From Selaginella moellendorffii (Eukaryota; Plantae; Lycopodiophyta): DNA of 64,000 bases. The stretch is taken from NCBI RefSeq assembly GCF_000143415.4, contig NW_003314297.1:186001-250000 (forward strand). Reading direction: 5' to 3'. Under the pieces are notes generated by a model. The model was not told where the DNA came from and did not search any database. It was given only the letters and a program-made list of their open reading frames with translations. The translations under genes and the position numbers were made by a program. This document shows, in pieces, positions 13,140 through 26,105 of this stretch. Position 1 is the stretch's first letter, and each line of letters starts with the position of its first letter.

Positions 13140-15494
13140 ATGGAGTCGGCGATGGCGGTGGACGTCGGTGTTCTTGATCCGGAGCTGCTCCAGCTGCCGG
13201 ATTTGCCCTCTCCACCCACAAAGCCTGTCGCGTGTAGAATGCGGCTGGAAGATCTCTTCACGCAGTGGCTCTCTTTGCCGGATACACATCGACTGGTGAG
13301 TCACTCCACTAGAAACCATTTCACGAAAGAACTTTTCTTGCGTAGGTGCTGTCTTTGCTAGAAGATGCCAAGGCAGGACTCGTGCTTCCAGTTCCATCTT
13401 CCAGTCCAGGGAATGGAAATTCCGGGGGTGCGATGTCAGCTCTTCCGGGAATGTTTGCTGTTGGAAGCACACCGCCATTGTCTCCTCGAAGCACCTCGGG
13501 CTCGCCACTTTCACCCAAGTCTCCCATGAAAAGGACTGGAGCGAGTACTGGTTCTCCATTAAAACGAGCTAGCGAACCGATTAGAGAACATATCCCTCAA
13601 GTAAGTTTCTTCTTTCTTTTCATCTTTGTTCTTCTCTCCCTTTTTTTTCGCGAGAAACTCATGAAAGCTCTCTTTTTTTCGGCAGTTCTATTTCCCAAAT
13701 GGTCCTCCTGCGCCGCAAGATATGGCGGAGCAATGTCTGAAAAGGATTGATCAACTATTTGCGGGGCATTCTTATGGTTTGCCATTGTCAGGTTCATATC
13801 GTCCTTATCGTTTAATTGTCTATATGGTTTTCTAAGGTACATGTCTTCTTTAGCTTTTGCGCCTGTGACAAAGGAAGTATGCAAGCTCCCTTCCTTTTTT
13901 TCTAGCTGTTTGTTCAAGAAGATTGATGTGGAGGACACGGGACTTGTGACAAGGTTAACGGCATTGTCGTGTTGGTGTTTTTTCCTTTTCTCTTTTTTCC
14001 TAACTCGCCCGCATCTTCATCATTTCAGGGACAGGTTTATCGAGTATTGGCTTGAACAGAATATGCTCACATCAGATATGGCTTCTCGTATATTCAACGT
14101 GTTAAAGAAACCTGACAAGAAGTATATTACTCAGGTAACTTTAGCAGCCGATATCCTTGAAAGCATAATTGTATCGTATCTCCAGGAGGATTTCAAACCA
14201 ATCTTGAAGGAGCTTTTGATGACTCACCGCGGTTTGGAATTTCTTCATGACACTCCTGAGTTTCAAGAAAGATATGGTTGGTTGATTTTTTTAGTGTTGT
14301 TTTTGTTGTCGCTCAGATCATTCTTTTTCTTTGTTTGCTTTTGTTCTTTTTGTTCGCAGCCGAGACAGTAATGTACAGGATATTCTACCATGTAAATAGA
14401 TCTGGAAATGGAAGGCTATTGCTAAGAGAGTTGAGAAGAAGCAACCTTGTTGCAGCACTGCTTCAAGTAGACGAGGAAGAAGACATCAACAAGGTCCTAA
14501 AGTAAGTCCTATTCGAGATATCCAATATGTTTTTGCTGACAGTGGGATACTAGATATTTTTCCTACGAACACTTTTACGTTATCTACTGCAAGTTTTGGG
14601 AGCTTGACACGGACCACGACTTCTTAATCGACAAGACTGACCTTTTGAGATACGGCAATCACGCTCTCACATTTCGTATAGTGGAAAGGATCTTCTCACA
14701 GGTAACGTTTGGCACTTTCCAAAAGAATGATCGTTCGAGTTCTCGGTTCCTCTAATGTGCTTTATGTTTTTAGTATTTGTCAGGTTCCAAGAAAGTTTAC
14801 GAGTTCCGTGGAAGGAAAGATGGGTTACGAGGACTTTGTGTGGTTCATTTTATCGGAGGAGGACAAAACGTCTGAACCAAGCTTGGAGTACTGGTAAGCG
14901 ACGTCTTGAATCTTCTGTAAGATCGATCGATTGACAGATCGCGACTTCCAGGTTCAAATGTATCGATCTGGATTGTGACGGAGTGGTGACTCCAAACGAG
15001 ATGCAGTACTTTTACGAGGAGCAATTGCATCGCATGGAGTGCCTAGCTCAAGACCCCGTCCTCTTCGAGGACATAGTCTGCCAGATGACGGACATGATCT
15101 GCCCAGAGGTGCGTTAGCTGTTTGTAGCTTCCGGGCTCTCGTCAATGCTTATGTGATCCATTGCAGAAGCAAGGGCAGCTAACGCTACGCGACCTGAAGA
15201 GGTGCAAGCTTTCTGGCAACTTCTTCAACATTCTCTTCAATCTGAATAAGTTCGTGGCGTTCGAGACACGCGACCCATTCCTCATCCGACAAGTAAGAGT
15301 TTACTTTGAGATGGTTTCGTTCACGGGAAGGCTCTTGACTCCCGTGTTTCCAGGAGAGGGAGGATCCAACGCTAACAGAGTGGGATCGCTTTGCTCACCA
15401 AGAATACATCCGCTTGTCGATGGAGGAAGACGCGGAGGATGCATCAAATGGAAGTGCCGAGGTGTGGGATGAATCTCTAGAGGCGCCATTTTGA
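13140..15494 (+). CDS. Protein phosphatase 2A regulatory subunit B'' (EF-hand, PR72-type)
   Basis: [85 protein letters not shown] and terminal [11 protein letters not shown] (TGA 15492-15494). Confidence 0.95.
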
Positions 15495-15836
15495 GTGTTT
15501 TTCGTGGTTCTGGTTTCCTTTTTCTTGGGTAGGAAGGTAGGCTCAGGCAGCAGCAACAGTGCTTTGTACAGTAATTCTTCGTTGTCTCCATTATATCTCT
15601 TCTTGGTTTAGAAAGCTCTTAACACGTATTTGATTCATTCCTGATCTAGCCTAGAAGAAGTGTCCAAAGCAACAGTGTCATGCATACATCACCATTGCTT
15701 CTAGTTGCGTTAAATGACGATAATAATGATAATTTAAGCACACTTAAAACTGGTTCAAACAAGACGTGTGTTCACCTCGTGTCTGCAAGAGGGAACAGAC
15801 TTCTTTACTGAGAACTCACTGTCTCTCTGCACAGAC

Positions 15837-16286
15837 ATGGGTGCTTCAGGCTCAAAAGCTAGTGTGAGGATTGAGAACCAGACTAGCCATCCTCTTGTTC
15901 TGCGCGACAGATTCAGGACGATCTACGGGCAGTCGTTTGGGGTGGTGAAGCCCAACAGCGTGAGGCCGCAGAATGTGTTGATCAGGATCCCATCGCGCAC
16001 TTACTTCCGCGTAGCCATCCTGCTGCTGGAGCCAAACGGAGACGAGGTGCCCACGGGCCTGCACATCGACCTGAGCGACCTCGTGTGTCCAGCAGATTCC
16101 CGAAAGAGCTTCCGCGTGACGGAGGAGGCGTCCAACGTTTTCCACCTGCGCGATGGCTCCGGCGAGGAGATGAAGACGGGCCGGGTGGTAAGCGGTGAGA
16201 TACTCTATTCCAAGTACACTGGCACCGCCACCACGCCCACGCGGAACAGATCAAGTGCGGGAGCTTTGATTGGCTCGACAGCGTGA
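15837..16286 (+). CDS. Hypothetical ~149-aa protein with a predicted N-myristoylation start (MGASGSK)
   Basis: Single ORF with coding-like GC3 bias, ATG at 15837, MGxxxS/K motif. No family recognised. Confidence 0.55.
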   Translation: MGASGSKASVRIENQTSHPLVLRDRFRTIYGQSFGVVKPNSVRPQNVLIRIPSRTYFRVAILLLEPNGDEVPTGLHIDLSDLVCPADSRKSFRVTEEASNVFHLRDGSGEEMKTGRVVSGEILYSKYTGTATTPTRNRSSAGALIGSTA

Positions 16287-16966
16287 GCAAGACGAAGTGA
16301 GTTCGCTTCTTCTTGCTCATACTCTGGCTTGAGATCGTCGTCTCGATCTATGGAGGAAACACAAAACTAAATAAACCCAGTGTATCTGTGGATGCTTTGA
16401 AATGATTAAGCCCGCGAAGTTTGACTTTTGGTAGTGTCGATCAGGGTAGTGTCATTTTTTCTTGTTCTTCGCCAAGAGCAAGGATCGATGGGAATGTTGA
16501 GATTGTCCGTCCTCTCCCCCAGTAACAACTGATATTGGATTATCAAAAAGATATTCAATGGTGTGAACATGACGACGCGGTGTTTACTTTGACTTTGTCA
16601 TGAGACCAGGTCAAATGGCAAATCTCATCACCTCATAAGTAGGGTATGATCAGCTTTTCATCAACAAACCTTCTTATGAGACCAGGTCATTGTGTGATGT
16701 GCGCCGCCGAGCCATTCGCGAGCCGGCGAGTGTCCAAAACCTATACAAACAAAGAAAAACACACAGTCTATTCTTTCTTTCACTGTACCAAAAGAGAAAC
16801 CATACCATTTCTTTCTATTCCAAATGGCACAACAAGCCAACAAAGAAGCTACTCATTTTTCTCCAGAACAGTATTAGCGCCAAGAAAAAAGAACCGAAGT
16901 CGAATTACCTGGTCAATTTCATCGTTCAAATATTAGGGTTTATAGTTTTGGAGGGAAAACACGAGG

Positions 16967-19900
16967 CTAGAAATCCCTGAAACTCATCCGGGGATCTTGG
17001 TGCTTTCCTCGCCCGCCACCTCTCCCTCCACCCCTCCCTCGCCCTCTCCCTCGTCCTCTCCCCCTCCCTCTCCCCCTCCCTCGCGATCGCCCAAAGCTCT
17101 TGCCGTGCTTCATCACCACCAGGGACTGCAAGAGCTCGTCGCAGACCACGCACGCCGTGTGGAGCGTCCTCCCGCCCTCCAGCGGCGTGTTGTTCTTGTG
17201 GAAGTCCACCTCCAGGAGCGCCGAGCCACAGTCGTCGCAGTAATCGTGCTCGCTCCTCGACACCTTGTGCGTGTTGGCGGGGAGGTAGACGAGGAAGCTA
17301 CACTTGTTGCAGTCGAGCCTCCACTTTGGCGCGCTGATGGGATCCAGGATGAGCGTTCCATCGCACTCGGGGCAAGCGCACACTCCCTGCTGCATCACCG
17401 AGTGGCGGCACGTCGCGTGAGGACACATCGTGCATGGCATCCCCGCCCCTGTGGCTGCTCGTCCCCGTCTTGTGTTTGGATTTCCATCGCCAGGAGCAGT
17501 GCCACTGGCTTGATCATCGCTGGAGGTTGTGGCCTCGCTGCTCGGGTCTCTTGCTGGAGATTCCAGAGGGTGATTGTAGCAGTAGGGACAGAGGGGATAG
17601 GATTTCCCGTCGGGTCCTCCGAGGGAGAACAAGACGAGCTCGAAGTTGTCAAGTGGACAAGCTAGCTCCTTGTAGAGCTGAGGAAAAAAAGAGTTTTTTC
17701 TTAGCGTGTCTATTCCCTGGAGAAGGATTACCTTGATGGAACCATTTTGCGGGACCGGGTATACTTCCTCGCAGGTTGAGCAGTAGAGACGAGATGGCCG
17801 CAGCGTGATGTATTTCATGTAGCGCTTGCATTTCCCACACTTGCTCAAGGGCCGTCCGGAGTCCGCGAGAGGAGAGAAGTGAGCCTCGAACAGAGCGTCC
17901 ATCTTCTCGATCTATGGAGAGAAACAGTTGAGAAACTTAGAAAACATGGTGCTTGCCTCGGACACGAAGTTCTTGAACTTGGCGACGAACTTGTCCAGCG
18001 AGTTGCGCACCACGGTTTCGTGATCCACCTGACCTTTGGCAATCAGCGTGATTTGCTGCTCTATGAAGCTCCGGATGTCCGGGAGGCATAAATCCGCGTC
18101 GATGGTTTGATAGCCTCGAATGAGTGTTATACCGAGAGCAGTAGGCACAAGGCGCCTTCCAGTTTGTACCTTCGAGAAAAATAGAAGAAAAAAAAACACA
18201 TTTTTAAACAACTCAAAAACAGAGAGAAAGAAAGAAAGAAGAAAGAAATCTTCTTTTACCTGTACGTAGTTTCTCTGGCATATGTTGTTGATATGCACTG
18301 GAATGGACGCGTCCGTACCAATCCCATGCTTCTCCATCAGAGATATCAGGTCGCTCTCAGTCAAGTAATCAGGAGGAGAGGTTCTTCCCTGACAAGACCA
18401 AGACGAGAATAAAACAATGGGAAAAGCTTTGAGATGGTATACCTGGTAGAGCTCAACCTCTGAGCAAGGAAGACTCTCGCCAATAGTAAACGCAGGAAGA
18501 TTTTCGTCCGTGACAGCCATCCACGGCATAGCTATTGTGAATCCCGGCGATGTCACAACTTTCCCCGAGCAAGTGAAAACCTCGCCTCCACCGGAGAAGG
18601 TAACTTTCGTCCTGCGTTCCTCAAGCTCAGCAAAACTAGAAGAGAATGAAAAATTCTTAGCTTACCGCTTATACTTGCAGTCCGGGCTCACACTCCCAAG
18701 AAAATGCCTGGAGATGTAATCGTAGAGCCTCCAGGCATCTCCTCCAAGCTCGGACTCGGTCCCGGAACGCATTGGAGTGATTGGAGGATGGTCGCCAGCG
18801 TCGGTGCCGGACTTTGGGGCTCGAACGCCAGCAGCTATCAACGATCGAGCGTAGTCTCCAAAGACGGGATGGTTTCCCAGTGGAAGCAGTGACTCCTTTA
18901 CGTCAAAACTCGCCGGGTAGGCTGTGCTCTCGGTCCGGGGATAGCTGTTAGTTTATTCATGAGGACAGAAGAGCGAAGAAGAAATGGCAAACCTTATGTA
19001 TCCTTGGACGTAGAGACGCTCCGCAATTTGCATGGCGTGGTGAGGACCCATGCCAAGAGCTGTCGAAGCAACCTATCGAAAGAAAACGAAAAAGAATGGT
19101 AAGTATGTGGAAATCTATCATATGGAGCGAACCTTGAGCATGTTGACAGTGTTAAGTCCCGTTGGACGAGCCTTTCGCTCCTCTTTTTGTGAAACATCGA
19201 GGACTTTCAGAGAACCGCTTTTGAGCACCGCTTTCTGAGGGACTAGAGCTGTCTAGAAAACACGCAAAACTTCATACCAGAAGTTGTGAAGATGAAATAG
19301 AAGCCTTGCACAACTTACTGCCTGTTCGAAGACTCTCCCGCGCTCCCAGTCCAGTTGCAGCGAGTGTCCACCTTTGCTCAAGCGCGGATGCAAAGTCCAG
19401 AATGGCTTCGGAACGAAAGTGATGATCTGAGTGTGCCGCTCCACGCAAAAACCAAGAGTTGGAGTCTGGCAAGGTCCAAAACTGTTGTGAAGCAATGAGA
19501 AAACACAACACGAGAAGACCAACTTACGAGATGACGCTCGAGTCCAGGTTGCCGTATTTTCCTTGAAAGAAACGAGTCTGGAAGCGAGTGAATGCCACTC
19601 CAACTTTTAAATCGATCTCCTGCCGAGCATCTACCGCAAGCGCCTCGTTTTGGTTTGGCTCAACCAGGCTGCTCATGGCAGTCTTTACATCCTTCTCGCT
19701 CACAGCGGAGAAGCGAGCTCTGAACACTTGCTGTCCGGATCGTTTCTTCATGACAGGCAAAACATTCTCCATAACTAGAAAAAAAACAAAGATGTCTCTA
19801 GAAAGAAAAAGAGAAAACCAGTAATAAGAACCTTCAAAGCAGATGTTTTCTCCTTCTCGGTCGCAGTCGAGCCACAAGACAAGGGAGTCGCAGCCGCGAG

Positions 19901-20471
19901 CTTCTTGCCTGAGATGCTTGCAAACGTGAGCCTGAAAAGCAGACCAAAGGAGAAAAAAAGAACAGGAAGATCACACAGTAAGAATAAGTTCATTGCCGAG
20001 TGAGGTTACCTTGGGATTTGCTTCGTTTTTCAACGTAGGAGCTCCGAAAAGATCCAATGGATCCGTCAGCTCCCAGTTCTGATACTTTGGAGGAAAATCA
20101 ATGCTGGAAAATCCAGAAAGCTAGTGAAAAGAAGAACAAAGAAAACGAAGAACGACGGTTTCTCACCCATAGACATGACCAATGACAGAAGTAACCTTGT
20201 AGTGCGCTTGGAAACCTCTAAACGTTCCATCAAACTCGTGAACATCCAAGTAGGATTTCCTAGTGCTCATCTGAAGAAAATAGGAAAAGATTCAAGCATG
20301 GAATGAGAGAGCGAAAACTTTGAGAGACAAAAACTTACACGACCAGAAGAGAGAAACGAAGCCAGCATTCCGGCAATGCTGGGCTTCTCCGCCACCTACA
20401 AAACAAGAGCCCATCACCCAATCGAGAGACAGAACGGTTCTTTCACATACCATGAGGACGACGGGCGCCAT
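16967..20471 (-). CDS. TOP3B: DNA topoisomerase III beta
   Basis: Toprim MAPVVLM/VAEKPSIA; WLDCDREGENICFE; RQEIDLKVGVAFTRFQT; SYPRTEST; MEKHGIGTDASIPVHINNICQRNYV; C-terminal CxxC zinc ribbons and RG/RGG tail ending DPRMSFRDF*. Confidence 0.96.
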
Positions 20472-20518
20472 CGCTTGCTTAAACCCTACCTAGACTTCCA
20501 AGGCGGTCTAAAAAACGT

Positions 20519-22217
20519 TTATACTCGCGAGGTCACTTCTCCCGAGTCTAAAAAACTCCTCATCTCCTCTCTTATGCTCGTGAGCTCTTCCACCACTTCT
20601 CTCATCTTGGGTCTATTCGCTCCACACTCGGCCAAGCACTTGTCCGCCAAGGCGGCCACCCTCGCGACGCTGCAGCGCTCCACCGCGCTCACCACTCCCA
20701 TCTTGGGATCCACGAGCTCCTCAATCATCTCCATCCTTATCAGCGGCAGCGAGTAGAAGGCCAAGTTCACCCTGCTCGATTCCCTCCCAAAATCCAGCGG
20801 CTTTTGCCCCGTCACGAGCTCCAGCAGCACCACTCCAAAGCTGTAGACGTCGCTCTTGTCCGTGAGCCTGAAAGTGGTCATGAGCTCCGGATCGCAGTAG
20901 CCTGGAGTGCCTTGGATCCGGAGCGTGGAGACGTGCGTGGTGGCGGCAAAGTCGGCGACCTTGGCACTCAGGCTATCATCCAGGAGAATGTTGGACGATT
21001 TCACGTCGCGGTGGTAGATCGGCGGTGCCGCCACCGAGTGGAGGTACGCCAGCGCCTCCGCGGTCTCGATAGCAATCTGCAGGCGCTGCTCCCAGCCGAG
21101 AGGAACCACCCCTCGCTTGCACTGCAAGTGTTCCAGCAGCGTTCCATTGGTGACGTATTCGTACACGAGCAGTGGAGGGGCGTTTCGGCGAGTATCCATG
21201 CACCAGCCTTTGAGCTTTACCAGGTTCCTATGGTTCACCTGGGAGAGAATGGTGATCTCGTTGAGGAACTGCTCGTCCATGACTCCAAAGTTGGCGGAGC
21301 TTTTGCTGCGTTTGATGGCAACCACGGTGCCGTCTTGCAAGATGCCCTTGTAAACCGTGCCGAATCCACCGCTTCCCAGCTTGAACTCCTCGTTGAACCC
21401 TTGGGTTGCAACGTGCAAGTCCTTGTAGGAGTAAATGTGCCTTGCCTCGAAATCGTTCAGCCTTTGTGCGAGATGGGAGCGTTGCTGTCGGTTTTCGTGC
21501 AGTCTGAACCTGTAGACGTACGTACAGCAGCAGCCGAAGATCAGCAAGGAGCATACAGCAGAAGCTACACATAATCGATTAGAACATAACCTGGATTAAA
21601 AGTTTTAATACCTGATATTACAGCGATCTTTCTCTGTGAATGCCGGGTCAGGGGCAGGGACGTTGGAGACTGAGAAGTAATCACATCTAGAAACATAACA
21701 AAGAGACCATATAGAACTTGAATCATGAAATTGAGATGAATTCACCTTCATCATCTGTGATGCATAGAAAGAAAGTTGAATTGTAGCCCGTGTAGCCGCA
21801 AGTCCCTCCCGACTTCACACACTCCGCACACTTGAATGCACGCCTAGAATCTACGTACCAAGACACCTCTGTTGTGCACCGGCGATCCGGAACGAAGTTT
21901 GGGCTGCACGACTCTGAGAAATTGTTGAAATAGATGCCCGGGAGGAGATTTCTGATGGAGATGGGGCTCCTTATCTCGAGCTTTCTATCGGGGTAGAGAA
22001 TGGTGAGGGGATAATCAGCGCCATTGTTGAGAGTTAGCACGAGAGCGTTGCCAGTGCACTTGAGCAAGTGAGAGGGATCTCCGCATCCAAATTGCAATCC
22101 AAAGGGATAGTGCACATCTTGAATTCCGCAGGAGCTTGCACATTCTTTCGCAGCGCTACCAATTATTGCCATAATTCCCTGGTGTGAGAGCACTATAGTG
22201 AGCAGCAAGAGATTCAT
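20519..22217 (-). CDS. WAK-like/LRK10L receptor-like kinase (Cys-rich GUB_WAK-type ectodomain, TM helix, kinase with altered DFG)
   Basis: Signal peptide, CASSCGIQDVHYPFGL..CG and C..SGGTCGY in 21723-22217. Kinase exon with GSGGFGTVYKG, VAIKRS, HRDVKSSNILLD, QGTPGYCDPE and KSDVYSFGVVLLEL. Confidence 0.88.
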
Positions 22218-22804
22218 GCTCTTCCCGTTTTCTGAGAATGTAGATGACTTTGAGCCGTGAGAGGCACGGTGTCATGTGTGTGTTGAACCTCAGCACATTA
22301 TAATTTTTTTAATAATTATGGTTATATTACTTTTTTGGCTTGTTTAGATGAAATAATCTTTATTCCACTATAACCCAAAAGGTAATGGCTCAAGCATTTT
22401 GGGTTTTTTAACTTTTAAATTTAAAAAAGTGGGAGGGAAATCTTAGAGTGCCTTTTTTTTAAAGCATTTTATTTTGCCCTACATAAATTTAAGAGTATTT
22501 ATGATTTTTATAGCTTCAGTAGAAAAATAACAAGGAAATTTCAAAATAATCAAGATGTTATATAAAATGCCCACTATAAAGTATATTTCATTTTCTATTT
22601 TAAACTCATTTTAAATAAAATTTTCATTTAATCAAACATTATTTTCTTAAATGCTTAATCCTTTCATATCTCATTATTTTCTTTTTGTCAAATGCCTCTT
22701 TTAAAATTTTATCAGGTGCTCTTTTCATGCCACCATAAACTATAGCATTCAAATTTTAAAACTTTAATTTATTTATTTTTAAAATTTTAAATTTTAAATA
22801 AATA

Positions 22805-22891
22805 AATTCTATCCAATCCAACTCCAAGATATTCAACTTTAAAGCGAATGCTTTAAAGTTGAATATCTTGGAGTTTGGATGGGATAGAATT
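22805..22891. repeat. Near-perfect hairpin palindrome
   Basis: 22820-22845 (aactccaagatattcaactttaaagc) pairs perfectly with 22850-22875 around a 4-nt loop (gaat). The stem extends imperfectly to about 41 bp. Confidence 0.9.
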
Positions 22892-23079
22892 AATTAATTA
22901 ATTAAAAAAAATAAACAAGGAAAGAAAAGAAAAATAGTGTAAAAGGAGATAAAAAAAGAAAAAATAAAGGATGAAGAAAGGAAATGAGCTAAATGGAATA
23001 ATCATTTAGTGTTATAATTAAATTTAAAATTAAAATAAATTTTAAAAGTCTATTTAAGCTAAATTTCTGTAATGTTTAT

Positions 23080-24620
23080 CTAAAATTTATAGTTTGAAGG
23101 AAACAAACATAAGAAAAATGTGGAATGATTATATGGAGAATAAAATTCACAATAAAATTTTGGAAATAATAGGTAAATCCTTTCCTTTTAAATATCTAAT
23201 TTATATATAAAACATGTATATATTTATTATTCTTTATAAAATATTATATGTATGAAAAATGCAAGTTTTATGATGCCATAAATGAACTTTTCTCAAAGAA
23301 ATTTTAAATGAAGAAACTATTCATATTAGCTTTATTAAAAAGCCATTGACAATGGTAGATATAGAGTTGTTATTGATGACACAAGGTTGAATAACACTAA
23401 AAGACTAAGTACTTAATACAAAAAAGTGAAGATTGAAAATGATAAGAAGGATTCATCGATTGAGATTATCAAAAGCATAAAAAAAAAGATAGAATAACAT
23501 TTTTAAATTATGAAAGTTATACAAGCCCCTTTAATACTATAGTGAACATGCTTTCAAATATTTTATTTACCTTTTTAATGTACTAAAAGTTAATTTAATT
23601 TTCATCCTTTGAAAAATCAATCCTTCCTAAAAATTGATCATGAATTTTAAATAATGTTTGTGCTTGAGCATCACAACATTCAACATTTCTCTATACTTCT
23701 TTACTAGCTTTAAACTGATCAAAATTTATTTAGTGCATGTTATAATTTGTTTCCAATGTCTGGATTTATTGTTTTGATACAATGTAATTTATATATTGTT
23801 ACACCATTGATTTTCTAGAACTTTTACTTAAATGATTGAATGCATTACAATGCCTTTTTTTCATATTGTCAATCTCATTAACTCCTTTTTTATTTGATCA
23901 ATCCATAAAAGATCAAAGCCACCACCATGAGTTTTACATAAGATATAATATATAGTGATGTGATCTTTGATATTATCATCATTTTATTTCAAAAGAATTA
24001 AAAATCTAACAAAACTCATTTTTAGTTAATAATATAAAAAAATTACTTGATTTTAACATGCTAAAATCTCTTTCTTCTTATGTTTAATTGAATGTAGTTC
24101 TAATTTTGTTGGCATATTTTTAACCCATCTTTCAATCCTTTATATAGATTAAACATATATGGGTGTGATGGATAAGTTACATCTTTTATTAGCATATATT
24201 TGTTAAGGTGTCCTTGTATAAGTCTTAAACCAATGATATATTATAAAATAACCCTTTCTTGTTAAAATAATCATTTATAATTGTATCATCTTACATATGG
24301 TATTCCTCTAAGCTCTTTAATTTCCTTTGAAAGTGATTGCATGTGATTATTAATACAAATCTTGCTAAACTTAATATCAATTACTTTAAACAATTATAAA
24401 CTAGCTTGTTATGCAATAACACACACTTGTTTTCTATTTTTTCAATAATGTTCTTATTTCTAACTATGTTAAGGCCATAGCAACTCTAGTCTCTACAGAA
24501 TAGCCCTTCAAATCTTAGTATCTTTAGTAAACAATCACTTAGATATTCTTTCACAAAAAAAATTGAAAGCTATTTTAGAAACTCATTACCTTCTTTTAAA
24601 CATATTATTGCTATAGGATT
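23080..24620 (-). mobile_element. Decayed PIF/Harbinger DNA transposon (DDE transposase remnant on minus; possible Myb/SANT ORF remnant on plus)
   Basis: Minus-strand relics in the expected order: KDTKI*RAI/VETRVAMALT*L (24461-24525), GIPYV (~24292-24306), NDYFNKKG (~24252-24275), YMLIKDVTYPSHPYMFNLYKGLKDGL, *NYIQLNIR and FSMLKS (~24050-24200). Plus-strand LYGE and FYDAINELF near 23130-23292. Many stops and frameshifts; termini not found. Confidence 0.6.
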
Positions 24621-25200
24621 GGATTAAAATATAATCAATGAAAGAGCTAGACCTTTTATAAACTCATACCTCTAAAGAGTGACATTCATAATTGATAAAT
24701 TATGCCACAACTTCAATAATATAAGATTGCAATTGGTAAAATCAAGAAACAAAACTTTGAGTTGATAAAATAAAAGGGTAGTAAATAGGAGTTTTTATTT
24801 GAAATCTATTCTCTAGAATTTTAATTGTCAAACCTTGTAATATTAATTTAACATGAAAACCATTAATAGAATAGGGATTAAGTAGATTATTTTAAGTTTC
24901 AAATGCAGATTGGAGTGAATTATTGCACATGGGTGCAGATATATATTTTTATTTTTAATTGCTATGGCAAAATATATGTGGCTGTAGTTTTTGGAGGGTA
25001 CACCTCTTGGTGGGTGATAAAAATTTTATTATGTTGAAAGAATATATCTTGTGATCTTATATATAAATAAATATAAATATTTTTTTAATCTTTTGATATT
25101 TATTTACTTTGTAGAAGGATCTTCCACAGCCAAAAATGAAATCCACACTTCCTTACATTTACAGAAGACATCACTTGAAATAAGTCCTTGGGTGCAACAT

Positions 25201-25222
25201 TGAATGAATGAATGAATGAATG
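25201..25222 (+). repeat. (TGAA)n microsatellite
   Basis: tgaatgaatgaatgaatgaatg. Confidence 0.8.
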
Positions 25223-25963
25223 GCAGCCTTTGTGATCATAAAGAATGTCTTGGCCACCATGAAATAGAAGGCCACTATATCTGTCCTGATTTGTCTAGAT
25301 TGTGGCCATGGCGCTCTGCTACTTGAGCTTATCCTACACTACTGGCTCGATTGCATCAAGTACACTGCCTAGCAGCAGGATTGTGTGCTTCAGCTCATCC
25401 AGTGTTGCAATCTCTATCAATCTGATACTGATGTCTTATAGTGTCTACTGTGGGATTCTACTCCTCTTAATCAAACCCTCATTCTTGGTGAAGGTGTGTG
25501 GCATTTGCAATTCTTGAATGTTCTAAGGTAGAGATTACCTAGACTCATTGACACCCAGGTGCATGTAGCGGTTGAAGATACAATGGCCAGTGTGTAGAGC
25601 TCATGGCCAAGGCTCTTTTGGTTGCTTGGTTTAGTTACACCTTTTAATCAAGTTGATAGATCAATCATCTTGCCATCCATTCCTGCCATTCTTGCCAAAC
25701 TTAAAAGCAAAAGAAAAAGTAAATAAATTAATGTGGATTAAGAATTAATGCATTCCAATATATGCCTTGAAAAAAGTGGCATCGTGTTTAAACACACATA
25801 TGTTTTAAATTGATATATGTTGCATTATAATACATTTTTTTGCCACATTGCCCACCTCCTTACTTCCCCTAAATCTTGCAATCATTTGATAGGACGCTGA
25901 TAAGAAATGTTTAGTTCCTATTGCTAAAATGCATGAGTAGCTGGAAATCACGAGTCTTGCATC

Positions 25964-26066
25964 ACCGAGTGGAGGTACGCCAGCGCCTCTGCAGTCTCGA
26001 TAGAAATCTGCAAGCGCTGCTCCCAGCCGAGAGGTCCCTTGCACTGCAAGTGTTCTAGCAATGTTC
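25964..26066 (-). pseudogene. WAK-like kinase fragment (same-orientation copy of ~21033-21145)
   Basis: accgagtggaggtacgccagcgcctctgcagtctcgatagaaatctgcaagcgctgctcccagccgagagg aligns with the kinase exon, with a small deletion. Confidence 0.85.
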
Positions 26067-26105
26067 TTGTAAATTATTAAAAACAATATACAAATGGTTT
26101 TTAAC

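Noticed and set aside
17009-17090. Purine/pyrimidine-skewed repeat with G-quadruplex potential
   Set aside because: Simply encodes the RG/RGG tail expected in TOP3B.
20804-21574. 256-aa plus-strand ORF
   Set aside because: Antisense shadow of the kinase exon.
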